From positions 1 through 32,659 of IMG/VR virus record IMGVR_UViG_3300033076_000968: a DNA stretch of 32,659 bases; one strand, written 5' to 3'. The notes beneath the pieces were generated by a model. The model was not told the DNA's origin. It did not search any database and saw nothing but the letters and a program-made list of their open reading frames with translations. The stretch's first letter is position 1, and each line of letters starts with the position of its first letter. The position numbers and the translations under genes were made by a program. The DNA is from a virus (lineage: Duplodnaviria; Caudoviricetes). Below, in pieces: positions 16,635 through 25,657 of the stretch.

Positions 16635-19224
16635 CGACCACCACCTCCGGGAACAGGTCCAGCACCGTCGCCGGCAGCGGATAGCGCTGGCGGAAGAACA
16701 GCCGGCCGTTGCGGTTCCATTCCGGCGGGATGACGATGTTGTAGTCGCCGGTCACCGGCTCGATCGCGCTGCCGAGCGGCTGCGTCGAGCGCTGCTTGAT
16801 TTCTGCCGTCACCGGCCCGAGGTCCTGGTTGATGCCGACCTCCAGCCCGCGGGTGTCCTTCACGCGCACGGTCACCTGCGAGATGTGCGTCATCTGGCCT
16901 TGGATCGTGCCGCCGGCCCCCTGCAGCTCGAGGTTCAGCGTCTCGCCGTCGCTCTCGTAGGGCAGGCCGACCGTCACCTTGCTGTAGGAGCCGTCGAGGG
17001 TCACGGCGCCACCGGTCACGGTCAGGTCGCGCACCACGCTGCCGTCGGCCAGTGCCACCACGGACTCGCCCTCCAGGTGATCGAGGCCCGAGACGGTGGT
17101 CACCGGCGTGCCGCTGTACTGCAGGCCGCAGTCGACGAACCAGGCGTCGGCGATCGTCGGGAAGGTCCGCGAGACCATGCGCTCCAGGTAGAGCTTGCTG
17201 GTGCCGCCGATCGTGCGCTGCACCAGCACGTAGACCGCATCCTCGTAACCGCCAAAGCCGTCGGGCTCGGTGATGCTGCACACCGACTTGAACAGCCCGT
17301 CGGTCGAGTGCCGGTGCCAGGCGTAGACCTCGTGCTCGCGCATGTAGGTGAAGCCCAGCAGGATGCCGTCGGAGCGCACGTACCAGGCCACCGACCACGG
17401 CTCTGCGGCATAGGTGCTCTCAACGAGCTGGTAGGCGGCGCCGGTGTCGTAGATCAGGTGCTGTGCCAGCGCCGACATGTCGAAGGTCTGCCACTTGTCG
17501 GCGATGGCATCGAAGCGGAGCGCCCGGATGCGGCCGCCCTTCTCCTGGTGCATCAGGACGTCGCCGGAGGCCTCCAGCGGCGGCATGTGGCTGCTGCCGT
17601 GGTTGGTCTGGGGCAGCGTGTAGCAGGATGCCGGGGTCAGGGCCTGCTGCGACGGGCCCGGCCAGCAGCGCCACTCCGCGCCCGACGTGAAGATCAACAT
17701 GGAGTTGCCCACGGCCAGCAGGTGCCTGATCTCGTTCACCTGCTTGCCGACCAGCGCTCGGGTGATGGCGTCGCTGTCCTTCGTCGGGCTGCTGACGTTC
17801 ATGTTCGCGTAGGCGCCGACGCAGGTGAACCAGAGCGTCTGCGGCTGATCGAGGGTGGCGCCGTAGGCCTGCCGCTGCATGAAGTAGGTCGAGCAGAAGG
17901 GGTTGCTGGTGGCGCCCGAATCGTAGCTGCTGTTGACGGTGATCGAGCCGCCGGACCCGGCGCTGTCGGCCACCGAAAGGGTGACGAGCCCCTGCTCCTC
18001 CTGGATCCACGCGCCGGTGCCTCGCGTCACGGCAACCGCGGTGATGGCGCCGGCAACGACCGTCGGGGTGAAGGCGTAGCCGCCGTAGTTCACCACGCCG
18101 AGGTAGCTCATGGTGACGGTCGTGTTCGTCGAGTAGCCGGCACCCCCGCTGACCACCGTCACGCCCGAGATGTAGGAGCCGTAGCCGTCCTCGCTGTCGG
18201 CCCATTGCGGCAGCAGCTCCGCGCCCGAGCCGGCGCCGTCGGTGATCGTGACGTAGGCGTTCGGGCTGATCTTCTGGCCGGTGGCGGCCGGCGTGACGGA
18301 GGTGATGGCCCCGGCCGTGAGCCCGATGGTGACGGAGGTCACCACCTTGCCGCCGTCGATCACCGAGCCCGAGGGGGAGGAATAGCCGGCGCCGGCCGCC
18401 GCGATCGTGAGCCCGGTGAAGGTGGTGTAGCCGAACGGCTGCCGCGTACCCGGCGGTGTGGTCGAGATGTCGGGGCCGATGTTGTTGTCCGTCCAGCTCG
18501 TGGTCTGCACCTGCGCGACGAAGCCGTAGACCGAGCCGGTCTTCTTGTAGACGTTGTAGTTCGTGCAGTTCGCGACGGCGTTCCAGGTCCAGCTTCCGGC
18601 GGTGCCGCTTGACGACCCGACGCCAGCGGACGGCAGGCTTTCTTCGCCGGTGCTGTCGTTGATGGCCGTCACCTGGATGTAGCCGGCCGTGCCGCCGGCC
18701 GAGGCGGTCAGGCCAGTCGGCGCCGAGGTCTGCGGGATGAACGACACCAGCGACAGCGTCCAGGCGGTGTGGCTCGACCGGGTGAGCTTGCGCGCCGCGA
18801 AGTTCGGGTGCGTCAAGGTCATCGTGTCGGCCGACTGGACGTACTTCAGCAGGGCAAGGTCGGTGTGCGCGTAGGGCGTCGTCACCGTCACGCGGACGCC
18901 GGGGCTGCTCTCGACGAAGCCCCAGGTGGTGCCGTTGTACATGGCCACCTGCATCGTGAGGTGGCCGAACACCAGCACGTAGGTCTGGCCGCTGGGCAGC
19001 GTGCGGAACTGGAACGGGATCAGCCGGTGGGTCTTGGTGCTGTCGTCGACCTCGCCGATGAAGCGGGTGCCGGGGCGGTTCGAGGCGCCGCCCTGCGGGT
19101 GCACCAGCCAGTTCAGCAGGGTGCGGGCGCCGACCTTGAACTTGGCCAGATCGACGCGGCCCCACAGGTGCGGCGACAGCTCGCCGCCGGCGAAGGAGGC
19201 CCAGAGCGTCGTGATCGTGGCCAT
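16627..19224 (-). CDS. Tail tubular protein B (nozzle)
   Basis: 865 aa, SFAGGELSP.LWGRVDL...GGASNRPGTRF, YVQSADTM, AWHRHSTDG and FVDCG motifs typical of podovirus nozzles. Confidence 0.88.
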   Translation of the reverse strand: MATITTLWASFAGGELSPHLWGRVDLAKFKVGARTLLNWLVHPQGGASNRPGTRFIGEVDDSTKTHRLIPFQFRTLPSGQTYVLVFGHLTMQVAMYNGTTWGFVESSPGVRVTVTTPYAHTDLALLKYVQSADTMTLTHPNFAARKLTRSSHTAWTLSLVSFIPQTSAPTGLTASAGGTAGYIQVTAINDSTGEESLPSAGVGSSSGTAGSWTWNAVANCTNYNVYKKTGSVYGFVAQVQTTSWTDNNIGPDISTTPPGTRQPFGYTTFTGLTIAAAGAGYSSPSGSVIDGGKVVTSVTIGLTAGAITSVTPAATGQKISPNAYVTITDGAGSGAELLPQWADSEDGYGSYISGVTVVSGGAGYSTNTTVTMSYLGVVNYGGYAFTPTVVAGAITAVAVTRGTGAWIQEEQGLVTLSVADSAGSGGSITVNSSYDSGATSNPFCSTYFMQRQAYGATLDQPQTLWFTCVGAYANMNVSSPTKDSDAITRALVGKQVNEIRHLLAVGNSMLIFTSGAEWRCWPGPSQQALTPASCYTLPQTNHGSSHMPPLEASGDVLMHQEKGGRIRALRFDAIADKWQTFDMSALAQHLIYDTGAAYQLVESTYAAEPWSVAWYVRSDGILLGFTYMREHEVYAWHRHSTDGLFKSVCSITEPDGFGGYEDAVYVLVQRTIGGTSKLYLERMVSRTFPTIADAWFVDCGLQYSGTPVTTVSGLDHLEGESVVALADGSVVRDLTVTGGAVTLDGSYSKVTVGLPYESDGETLNLELQGAGGTIQGQMTHISQVTVRVKDTRGLEVGINQDLGPVTAEIKQRSTQPLGSAIEPVTGDYNIVIPPEWNRNGRLFFRQRYPLPATVLDLFPEVVVGD

Positions 19225-19228
19225 GGGC

Positions 19229-19915
19229 CTAGACCGAGGTCGGCCAGGGCCAGGAAGACGTCGGGTAGACCTGGCCGATCTCCGCCAGGCCGTCGTCGTA
19301 GCCGCGCGCGGCGAGCGCCTCGGGCACGTAGCTGCGGTTCGGTTGGGTCGTCTCGTTGCCGTTCTGCGCCCGCGCCTCGGCCAGCTTCATCATCGCCTGC
19401 TTGGCCAGCATCTCGACGCGATCCTGCTTGCCGGTGATCTCGAAGCAGATGCGCGACGCGAGCTCGAGCGCGAAGGCGTCGACGAAGGCGGCATCCCAGC
19501 GATTCGGATCGACGACGCGGCCGGTGTAGATCAGCGACACCGGGTTGCTGTTGCAGTACAGGACGCGGATCGGGTTGCCCCCGCTGTCCTTGTCCGCCGC
19601 CATCTCCATGAAGGTTTCCGGCAGCAGCAGGAACGGCACGTCGTTGACGTAGCGGACGCGCACCAGGTCGTCGGGCAGGCCGTACTCGTAGGTCCAGCGG
19701 GTCGCGGCGCCGCCGGTGCCGGTGACCAGCGACAGCGCCTTGGTGAAGCGGGCGAAGTTCCAGTCCGCGGCCCGGAGCGTGGCGTCCAGCGCCATGTCGT
19801 AATGCGACAGGCACGAGTTCGCCTCGAACGACCCTTCGATGATCGAGGTGATCTTGGAGCGCGTGCCGCAGTAGCTGATCGCGGCGTTGCAGAGCGCGGT
19901 CTGGTTGATCGCCAT
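19229..19915 (-). CDS. Tail tubular protein A (adaptor/gatekeeper)
   Basis: 228 aa, LCNAAISYCG...WNFA...YEYGLPDD...FVDAFALELA; directly upstream of the nozzle. Confidence 0.85.
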   Translation of the reverse strand: MAINQTALCNAAISYCGTRSKITSIIEGSFEANSCLSHYDMALDATLRAADWNFARFTKALSLVTGTGGAATRWTYEYGLPDDLVRVRYVNDVPFLLLPETFMEMAADKDSGGNPIRVLYCNSNPVSLIYTGRVVDPNRWDAAFVDAFALELASRICFEITGKQDRVEMLAKQAMMKLAEARAQNGNETTQPNRSYVPEALAARGYDDGLAEIGQVYPTSSWPWPTSV

Positions 19916-20208
19916 CAGTCCTCCGAGGCGCGCGGGCCGCTCTTGCCGTAGACGCGATTCGCGGGCGACAGGTCTTCGTCGACGTCGCTCTCGCTCGCCA
20001 GCTCGAGCACCTGCAGCTCGACCATCAGGGGATCGGTGCCCACGGTCGAAATGCGGACCGCCGCGTCGAGGTCGAGCTTGCCGTCGACCGCCGGCAGCTT
20101 GTCGCCGAACAGGTCGCGGACCTGGCTGCCGTACAGGCAGATGCGGGCGCCGTAGATGGTGCCCGGGGGCTCGTCGGACCCGGGCTTGGTGAGGTCGACG
20201 CGGGCCAT
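19915..20208 (-). CDS. Hypothetical 97-aa head-region protein
   Basis: TGATG-coupled on both sides; lies between the capsid and adaptor genes. Confidence 0.7.
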   Translation of the reverse strand: MARVDLTKPGSDEPPGTIYGARICLYGSQVRDLFGDKLPAVDGKLDLDAAVRISTVGTDPLMVELQVLELASESDVDEDLSPANRVYGKSGPRASED

Positions 20209-20414
20209 CAGGCGGCGGCCTGGTCAGCGGGGACGGCGGGCTGCTGCGGCGTCACGCCCTTGGCGCGGGCCTTGGCGGCGGCGTTGAGCGGGATAAGGTT
20301 CTCGCCCGGCTCGCCCAGGTACTCGACCTCGGCGCCGTCCTCGTGCATCTGCCAGTTGTCGAAGAAACTGCCCTTGACGCGGTAGCGCGGGGCGGCGGTC
20401 TTGGTGTCGTTCAT
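20208..20414 (-). CDS. Hypothetical 68-aa protein
   Basis: RYRV..SF...VEYLGEPGENLIPLN; GGAG RBS; coupled to the next gene. Confidence 0.72.
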   Translation of the reverse strand: MNDTKTAAPRYRVKGSFFDNWQMHEDGAEVEYLGEPGENLIPLNAAAKARAKGVTPQQPAVPADQAAA

Positions 20415-20444
20415 GCGGGGTCTCCGGTCGAGGAGGAAGGAGGA

Positions 20445-20471
20445 GACCGTGGTGGAAAAACCACCACGGTC
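20445..20471 (-). terminator. 11-bp hairpin after the capsid genes (weak terminator or mRNA-stabilising stem)
   Basis: GACCGTGGTGG-TTTTT-CCACCACGGTC followed by a pyrimidine run (TCCTCCTTCCTCCTC) rather than a U-tract. Confidence 0.6.
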
Positions 20472-20480
20472 CCCGGATCG

Positions 20481-20942
20481 TCAGCTCGAGGCGCCCTTGA
20501 GCACGATGAAGTTCAGCACCAGCGCCTCGCCGAGGGACCCGGCGGTCAGGTTGCTCACCGTGATCTCGCAGGAGCCGGCGGCCGTGGCCGTGACGCCGAC
20601 GCTGTAGGCGGCCGAGGTGCCGCCCGAGGCGATGCTGACCACGACCACGTCGACCGCAGCGATCTGGCTGTTGGTCAGCGTGAAGGCCACCTCGGCGCCG
20701 GCGCCGAGGGAGGCGTTGTTCATCGTGATCTGGCCGGCGATCTTGTTCAGCGTCACGCCGGTCGACTTGCTGCTCGCCTGCGTGACGGTGCCGCCGGCGC
20801 TGACGCCGGTCTCGATGCCGATCGACGCGGCGGTGAGGGCCGCCGGGCCGCTGTCGTCGCCCTTGCGGACGCGCTGGGTCGTGCCGTCCTGCTTGATGCC
20901 GGAGACGGTCGACGGGTCGTTGAAGAAGCCAGTGTTGGGCAT
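20481..20942 (-). CDS. Putative head decoration/head fibre protein
   Basis: 153 aa, VTQASSKSTGVTLNKIAGQITM...FTLTNSQI, beta-rich; follows the cement gene, inside the capsid block. Confidence 0.65.
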   Translation of the reverse strand: MPNTGFFNDPSTVSGIKQDGTTQRVRKGDDSGPAALTAASIGIETGVSAGGTVTQASSKSTGVTLNKIAGQITMNNASLGAGAEVAFTLTNSQIAAVDVVVVSIASGGTSAAYSVGVTATAAGSCEITVSNLTAGSLGEALVLNFIVLKGASS

Positions 20943-20952
20943 GGGTCAGTCC

Positions 20953-21396
20953 TCAGGCCGTGTAGCCGACGCCGTAGGGGATGTTGTGCTGGTTCGCGGG
21001 AACCAGCCCGGCGGTGATGGCGCCGGCAATCATGGCCGCCGTGCCGATGACGAAGGCCAACCGGTAGTACCGGTAGACCGTGGCGGCCGTTGGGGTGGAC
21101 GGCAGGCCGCCGCGCAGGAAGGCGTAGCCCTGGGTCAGCGACGCCACCGCGACGGCGTCGGACTGCGACAGCGTCACGAAGGTGGCGTTGTCGGTCGACG
21201 CCTGGATCTGCACCTGCAGCGTGGCCGAGCCGCCCGACGTGAAGGCGGTGACGACGCGGCACATCAGCTGCAGGCGGTCGATGACGGCGTCGCCGGGATC
21301 GCGGGCGACGCCGAGGTCGATCACGTCCGAGTAGGTCGTGCCGACGGAAGTCGGCGCGTAGGCCGAGCAAAAGAGGTTCTGCTTGTCGAGGATCAT
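20953..21396 (-). CDS. Capsid cement protein (Bbp16-like)
   Basis: Start at 21396 (MILDKQNLF...SDVIDLG...YRYYRL...GAITAGL) with an AAGGAG RBS; follows the major capsid gene as in BPP-1. Confidence 0.85.
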   Translation of the reverse strand: MILDKQNLFCSAYAPTSVGTTYSDVIDLGVARDPGDAVIDRLQLMCRVVTAFTSGGSATLQVQIQASTDNATFVTLSQSDAVAVASLTQGYAFLRGGLPSTPTAATVYRYYRLAFVIGTAAMIAGAITAGLVPANQHNIPYGVGYTA

Positions 21397-21421
21397 GGTT
21401 GGTACTCCTTCGCGGCGCCGA

Positions 21422-22459
21422 TCAGGTGATGCGCGCTTCGGTGTTGGCGAGCTGGTCGCAGATGCGGATCGGGATGCCGCGGAAAGCCGTGTAGGGCTTC
21501 GAATCACGGGTCTCGATCGTCAGGAAGTTGTTGGTCTTCGCCAGCGCCTGGATGTCGAGCGCGGTGCGGACGGTGCGGTTGCAGTAGAACGCGAAGTTCA
21601 CCTGCCCCGGCCGGGTCACGGTGCCGCCCTGCGCGCCCGGAGGCGGCGAGTTGCCGGCGGCCGAGATGAACGGCACCTTGTTGGCGGCGGTGATGAGGTA
21701 GTTCAGCAGGTTGCTGGTCGTCACCGCGCCCGAGGTCACGTTGATGTTGCAGATGCGGACCGCGAAGCGCCAGTCGCGCAGGGTCAGCCCGCAGTCCCAC
21801 TTAAAGTGGGTGCGGTAGCCCTGGTAGACGTTCTGGTTCTGGTCGTAGAGCGCGACCTCGCCGAGATCGCGGACCTGCAACCCGGCCTTGCTCCCCTTCG
21901 GGAAGATGCCGTGGCAGGTGTTCTGGCCCCAGCCGATCAGCCACATCGAGGTGTTGGTCGAGCCGACGCCGCCGGCGTCCACGATGTTCTGGCCGTTGGT
22001 CGCGGTCAGCGAGTTGTACCGCGGCGCGAGCCCGGTGAAGCGCTCCGGGTTGGCCTGCTGGTTGCCGTACACGACGGTGTACTGCATGGACTGGTTCATC
22101 GACTCGATGAAGGCCATGTCCTCGCCCAGCCGGAACTCGGCGGTGTTGCCGTTCAGGTCCGCCAGCGTCTTGTCGATGTCGCTGTAGGCCTCGAGCATGC
22201 CCGTCGCGTCGCGGATCTGCGCCGTGGTGCTCTTGGACTTCTGGACGCCGTAGTTCAGCAGGCGCCAGGTGGCGGACGGCAGGCCGGTGCGGACGGTGGT
22301 CTTGTGACCCGCGCCGTCGTTGGCCTCCATCCACAGCATGTCGGTCAGCATCTCGTTGGTCTGACCGAGCAGCTCGATGACCGCCGCGGGCTTGCCCCCA
22401 GCGTCCAGCCGCGTCGCCCATTCTGCCAGGGTGAGCGCGGTCGAAGCGATCGTTGCCAT
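21422..22459 (-). CDS. Major capsid protein (BPP-1 Bbp17-like)
   Basis: 345 aa, IELLGQTNEMLTD...RTGLPSATWR...FTGLAPRY...DWRFAVRICNI...FRGIPIR; strong AAGGAG RBS. Confidence 0.92.
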   Translation of the reverse strand: MATIASTALTLAEWATRLDAGGKPAAVIELLGQTNEMLTDMLWMEANDGAGHKTTVRTGLPSATWRLLNYGVQKSKSTTAQIRDATGMLEAYSDIDKTLADLNGNTAEFRLGEDMAFIESMNQSMQYTVVYGNQQANPERFTGLAPRYNSLTATNGQNIVDAGGVGSTNTSMWLIGWGQNTCHGIFPKGSKAGLQVRDLGEVALYDQNQNVYQGYRTHFKWDCGLTLRDWRFAVRICNINVTSGAVTTSNLLNYLITAANKVPFISAAGNSPPPGAQGGTVTRPGQVNFAFYCNRTVRTALDIQALAKTNNFLTIETRDSKPYTAFRGIPIRICDQLANTEARIT

Positions 22460-22476
22460 TCGCTACTCCTTGAGGT

Positions 22477-23250
22477 TCAGGCGTCCGCCGACTGCTTCGG
22501 CTGGTCGCCATAGATCACTTGGGCGGGATTCTTCGGCGAGGCCGCGGGGGCGCCATTGCCAGCCGCGAACCGGTCCTCGGACATCATCCGTCCCATTGCC
22601 ACGAAGGCCCTGACGACGGCGGGATTGTTCCCGGCTCCGGTCAGGTCCAGCGCTTCCTTGAGGCCGGGGATCCCCAGCCGGTCGATCGCGTTGGCGGCGA
22701 GGCCGAGGCTCGACTGGAGCTTCGTGCCGCCGATCTCGGGATCGGCCTTGATCTCGTTGACCCAGGTGGTCTGCAGGTCGGCGTAGGCCTTGGCGTTGGC
22801 CTGGGCGAGCGCCTGCATCTGGCCGGCATGGAAGTTGACCAGCTTCTGCGCCTGGTCCTGCGAGAGGCCCATGTCGGCGAACAGCTCGGTGGCCTGCGCC
22901 GTCAGGGCCTCGTCGAGCTTCACGCCCTCGGGCGCCTTGAAGGCCTCGTAGGTCGGCCGCGCCGGGTCCTTGAGGCCGAGCTCGGTCTTGACCTCGTCCG
23001 GCAGGCCCTTCCAGGCCTCGACGCGCTGCTCCTTCGAAAGCGCTTCCCAGGCGGCGAGCTTGGCGTCCTTGCCCTCGGCCTTGCTGAAGGCCTCGACCTC
23101 GGCGGCGGGCGCCGGCGGCGGATCGCCAGCGGGCGGCGTGGCCGGCGGGGTCGCGGGCGCGCCGAGCAGGCTCTGGTCGCCAGTCGCCGGCGCCATGGCC
23201 GGCGGCGGCGTGTCACTCGGCGGGGTCGGGTTCGGCGGCGCTTCCGCCAT
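22477..23250 (-). CDS. Capsid scaffolding protein
   Basis: 257 aa, Pro/Ala-rich N-terminus, LSQDQAQKL, DPEIGG, GAGNNPAVVR...MSED; directly upstream of the capsid gene. Confidence 0.82.
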   Translation of the reverse strand: MAEAPPNPTPPSDTPPPAMAPATGDQSLLGAPATPPATPPAGDPPPAPAAEVEAFSKAEGKDAKLAAWEALSKEQRVEAWKGLPDEVKTELGLKDPARPTYEAFKAPEGVKLDEALTAQATELFADMGLSQDQAQKLVNFHAGQMQALAQANAKAYADLQTTWVNEIKADPEIGGTKLQSSLGLAANAIDRLGIPGLKEALDLTGAGNNPAVVRAFVAMGRMMSEDRFAAGNGAPAASPKNPAQVIYGDQPKQSADA

Positions 23251-23569
23251 CGGTCACTCCATCGGGGTTGGGGTTGAGCACGTTGCCCAGGACATCGCCG
23301 AGCGGGCGCAAATCGCCGAGCTCGCGGAGGTCGTTCAGAATCTTGAAGCCGACGGCGCGCTGGCCCTCGCGGAACAGGATCGCGTCCTGCGCCATGGCGA
23401 GCTGGGTCGTCTGCATGCAGCGGGTCTCGCGCACCAGGTCGGCAAGGTACTGCCGTCCCCTGACGTCGGATACGACCCAGAGCAGCGCCTCGCGAACGCG
23501 CGCCCTCTTGGTCCGCAGCGCCTTGCCGCGCTTCTCGACGTAGGTCTGGTTGCCGAGGTCCACGGTCAT
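23213..23569 (-). CDS. Bbp19-like small head-region protein
   Basis: 118 aa, GRQYL...FREGQRAVG motif; between portal and scaffold. Confidence 0.75.
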   Translation of the reverse strand: MTVDLGNQTYVEKRGKALRTKRARVREALLWVVSDVRGRQYLADLVRETRCMQTTQLAMAQDAILFREGQRAVGFKILNDLRELGDLRPLGDVLGNVLNPNPDGVTDGGSAAEPDPAE

Positions 23570-23820
23570 CAGTGCGGCCTCAGGATCAGGCTGCCGGCGG
23601 CGGCGTCATCCAGCACGGCCTTGATCTCCGCCAGGAGCTGGTGGCGCACGGTGCTGTCGGGCGCCTGGCGGATCAGGTCCCGCATGACGAAGGCGAGCGC
23701 CGCGGCCAGGTCGTTGCCGTGGATCGAGCCCAGCCCGAGGCCCTTCGCCTCCGCGAAGTCCTGCACGCCGGCGTGGATGGCGTCGCGCATGCCGCGGACG
23801 TGGTCGGGGTTCTGGATCAT
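23569..23820 (-). CDS. Hypothetical 83-aa protein
   Basis: Coupled on both sides (ATGA and TGATG). Confidence 0.65.
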   Translation of the reverse strand: MIQNPDHVRGMRDAIHAGVQDFAEAKGLGLGSIHGNDLAAALAFVMRDLIRQAPDSTVRHQLLAEIKAVLDDAAAGSLILRPH

Positions 23821-25571
23821 GGATTGCTTCCCACCATCGCCTGCACGGCGTTCTGACCACCGCCGACGTCGATCGCGGCGGCGTCCTTGCCGGCCTTGGC
23901 CAGCACCTCCATCCGCGCCAGCGCCGCATCCTGCTGCTGCTGCTTGGCGCGCTGGGCACGGATTTGCTGGGCCTGCTCCTTGTCGACGGTGATCGAGGCC
24001 GGCACGCCCACCATGTCGACGTAGCTGTCGATCGTGCCGTCGGGGTCGAGGCGGTCCAGCACCTCGGGCTTGAGCTGCCCGATGGCGGCGGCGAACTGCC
24101 AGACGCGCTCGATGGTCGACGTCGAAGCCGCCTTCTGGGCCGCGGCCAGCATGGAGATGAACTCGACGCCCATGGTGGCGATCGGCAGGCCCTCGGGCGG
24201 CGGCGGGATCATGCCGCGGCGCGCCATCACGTTGAACACGCGCTTGACCAGCGGGTCGAGCAGCTCGTCGTGCAGCCGCTCGAGCACCGGCCCGAGCATC
24301 AGCATCTTCTCCTCGTGCCGCTCGTCGATCTCGCGCGCGGTGATCTCGCGGCGGTCGCTCTCGGCCATCATCAGGAACAGGTCGGCGTAGAACGCCTGCT
24401 TAATTCGATCCTGCGTCGTGGCGATGTCCTCGCGCAGCGCGTTGATGCTCTCGGGGTGGACCTGAAAGGCCGGCTTGAATTCGGCGCCGCCGGTGGCGAC
24501 AAGCGTCAGGCCGCCGGGCAGCAGGCTCGCCGGCTTGTTGTCGAGCTCGGGCGGCCCGACCATCGGCGGCTTTGACAGCTTGTCGATCACCTCGAGCTTG
24601 CGGCGCTGCTGCTGCTGCAGCTGCTGCGCGTCGCCCAGCGCCACCCAGCCCGGCGCCCCGCCGCTGCCGTACGTGTCGGTGCCGGCGATCTCCCAGCGCG
24701 GGCACATGCAGGGAAAGTCCTCGTAGCCCGAGATCTTCAGCAGCATGTTCTCGGACTGCTGGCCGCGCTCGAACCAGACCGACCGCCACGGGAAGCGCGT
24801 CGCGAGGTGGCCGCCCCAGGGGTAGCCGCCCTGCTCGACCGGTCGCTGGGTGGGCGCCGCGGCTTGCGGGTTGGGCTCGATGGCGTGGATGATCTCGTAC
24901 TCGCGGTCGAGCGAGACGCCGTTGTCGTACATCGACCGGATGGTCGCCGACACACGCTCGCGGCCGAATCGCTCGACGATCTGGCGCACGGTCCAGAACA
25001 CCGAGCGGTAGATCGTGTCGACCGACAGACGGTTGCTCGAAGCCAGCCAGTACTCGCCGGCGGTGAGCGCGTAGCCGCGGACGATGTCCTCGAAGTCCTC
25101 GTCGATCCAGAGCGCCGCGGTGCCGAAGTTGCCGATCTCGGCGTAGACGGTGTGCAGGCAGTTGTAGACGTTCGACCGGGCGATGACGTCCAGCATCCGG
25201 CGCTGAACCTCCTCGCACCACGCCCGGACGTCCTCGCGCTTGTTCGCCTCGTCGTCGGCGAAGCGCAGGCGGAACCAGGGTCGCGCCGGCGAGCTGATGC
25301 CGGCCATCATGCCCGACGCCATGATGCGGCTCGCCAGCAGGCCGGTGTTGTCGATGATCCGGGTGTCCTTACGGCGACCCCGGGTGTAGTCGTTGGTCGA
25401 CTGCACGAACCGGCCGCGGCGCGGCGCGAACTGCGAGGCGATGTCGCGCCAGGTGCCCCAATAGCCGGAACGGTCGGCATCCAGCATCTGCAGGCGCGTG
25501 ATGAAGAACGACCGCAGCCAGGGGTCGTTGAGGTCCGCCTTGTCGTCGCCTGCCACAGCAGCCTGTGCCAT
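23817..25571 (-). CDS. Portal (head-to-tail connector) protein
   Basis: 584 aa, MMAGISSPARPWFRL, GNFGTA, PRWE...YG and TAREIDERHEEKMLMLGPVLERL motifs of T7/BPP-1-type portals. Confidence 0.93.
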   Translation of the reverse strand: MAQAAVAGDDKADLNDPWLRSFFITRLQMLDADRSGYWGTWRDIASQFAPRRGRFVQSTNDYTRGRRKDTRIIDNTGLLASRIMASGMMAGISSPARPWFRLRFADDEANKREDVRAWCEEVQRRMLDVIARSNVYNCLHTVYAEIGNFGTAALWIDEDFEDIVRGYALTAGEYWLASSNRLSVDTIYRSVFWTVRQIVERFGRERVSATIRSMYDNGVSLDREYEIIHAIEPNPQAAAPTQRPVEQGGYPWGGHLATRFPWRSVWFERGQQSENMLLKISGYEDFPCMCPRWEIAGTDTYGSGGAPGWVALGDAQQLQQQQRRKLEVIDKLSKPPMVGPPELDNKPASLLPGGLTLVATGGAEFKPAFQVHPESINALREDIATTQDRIKQAFYADLFLMMAESDRREITAREIDERHEEKMLMLGPVLERLHDELLDPLVKRVFNVMARRGMIPPPPEGLPIATMGVEFISMLAAAQKAASTSTIERVWQFAAAIGQLKPEVLDRLDPDGTIDSYVDMVGVPASITVDKEQAQQIRAQRAKQQQQDAALARMEVLAKAGKDAAAIDVGGGQNAVQAMVGSNP

Positions 25572-25639
25572 CGCGTCGGTACTCGAACTCTACAGGGGCC
25601 CGGTACTCTGGGCTCCTTGGGGTGACGCGACGGCACAGG
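25562..25639 (-). promoter_or_regulatory. Long RNA stem covering the portal start codon
   Basis: mRNA CCUGUGCCGUCGCGUC (25639-25624) pairs with GACGCGAUGGCACAGG (25577-25562): 15 Watson-Crick pairs plus one G-U pair. Confidence 0.65.
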
Positions 25640-25657
25640 GCCCCCGCGAGGAACTCG

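Noticed and set aside
21396-21507. Possible frameshift fusion of major capsid to cement, since the cement frame is open into the capsid 3' end
   Set aside because: No slippery heptamer was seen, the cement gene has its own AAGGAG RBS, and short open overlaps are common at high GC.
23930-24630. CTG/CAG runs in the portal gene
   Set aside because: Short Gln-rich helical stretches in coding sequence; no sign of phase-variable repeats.
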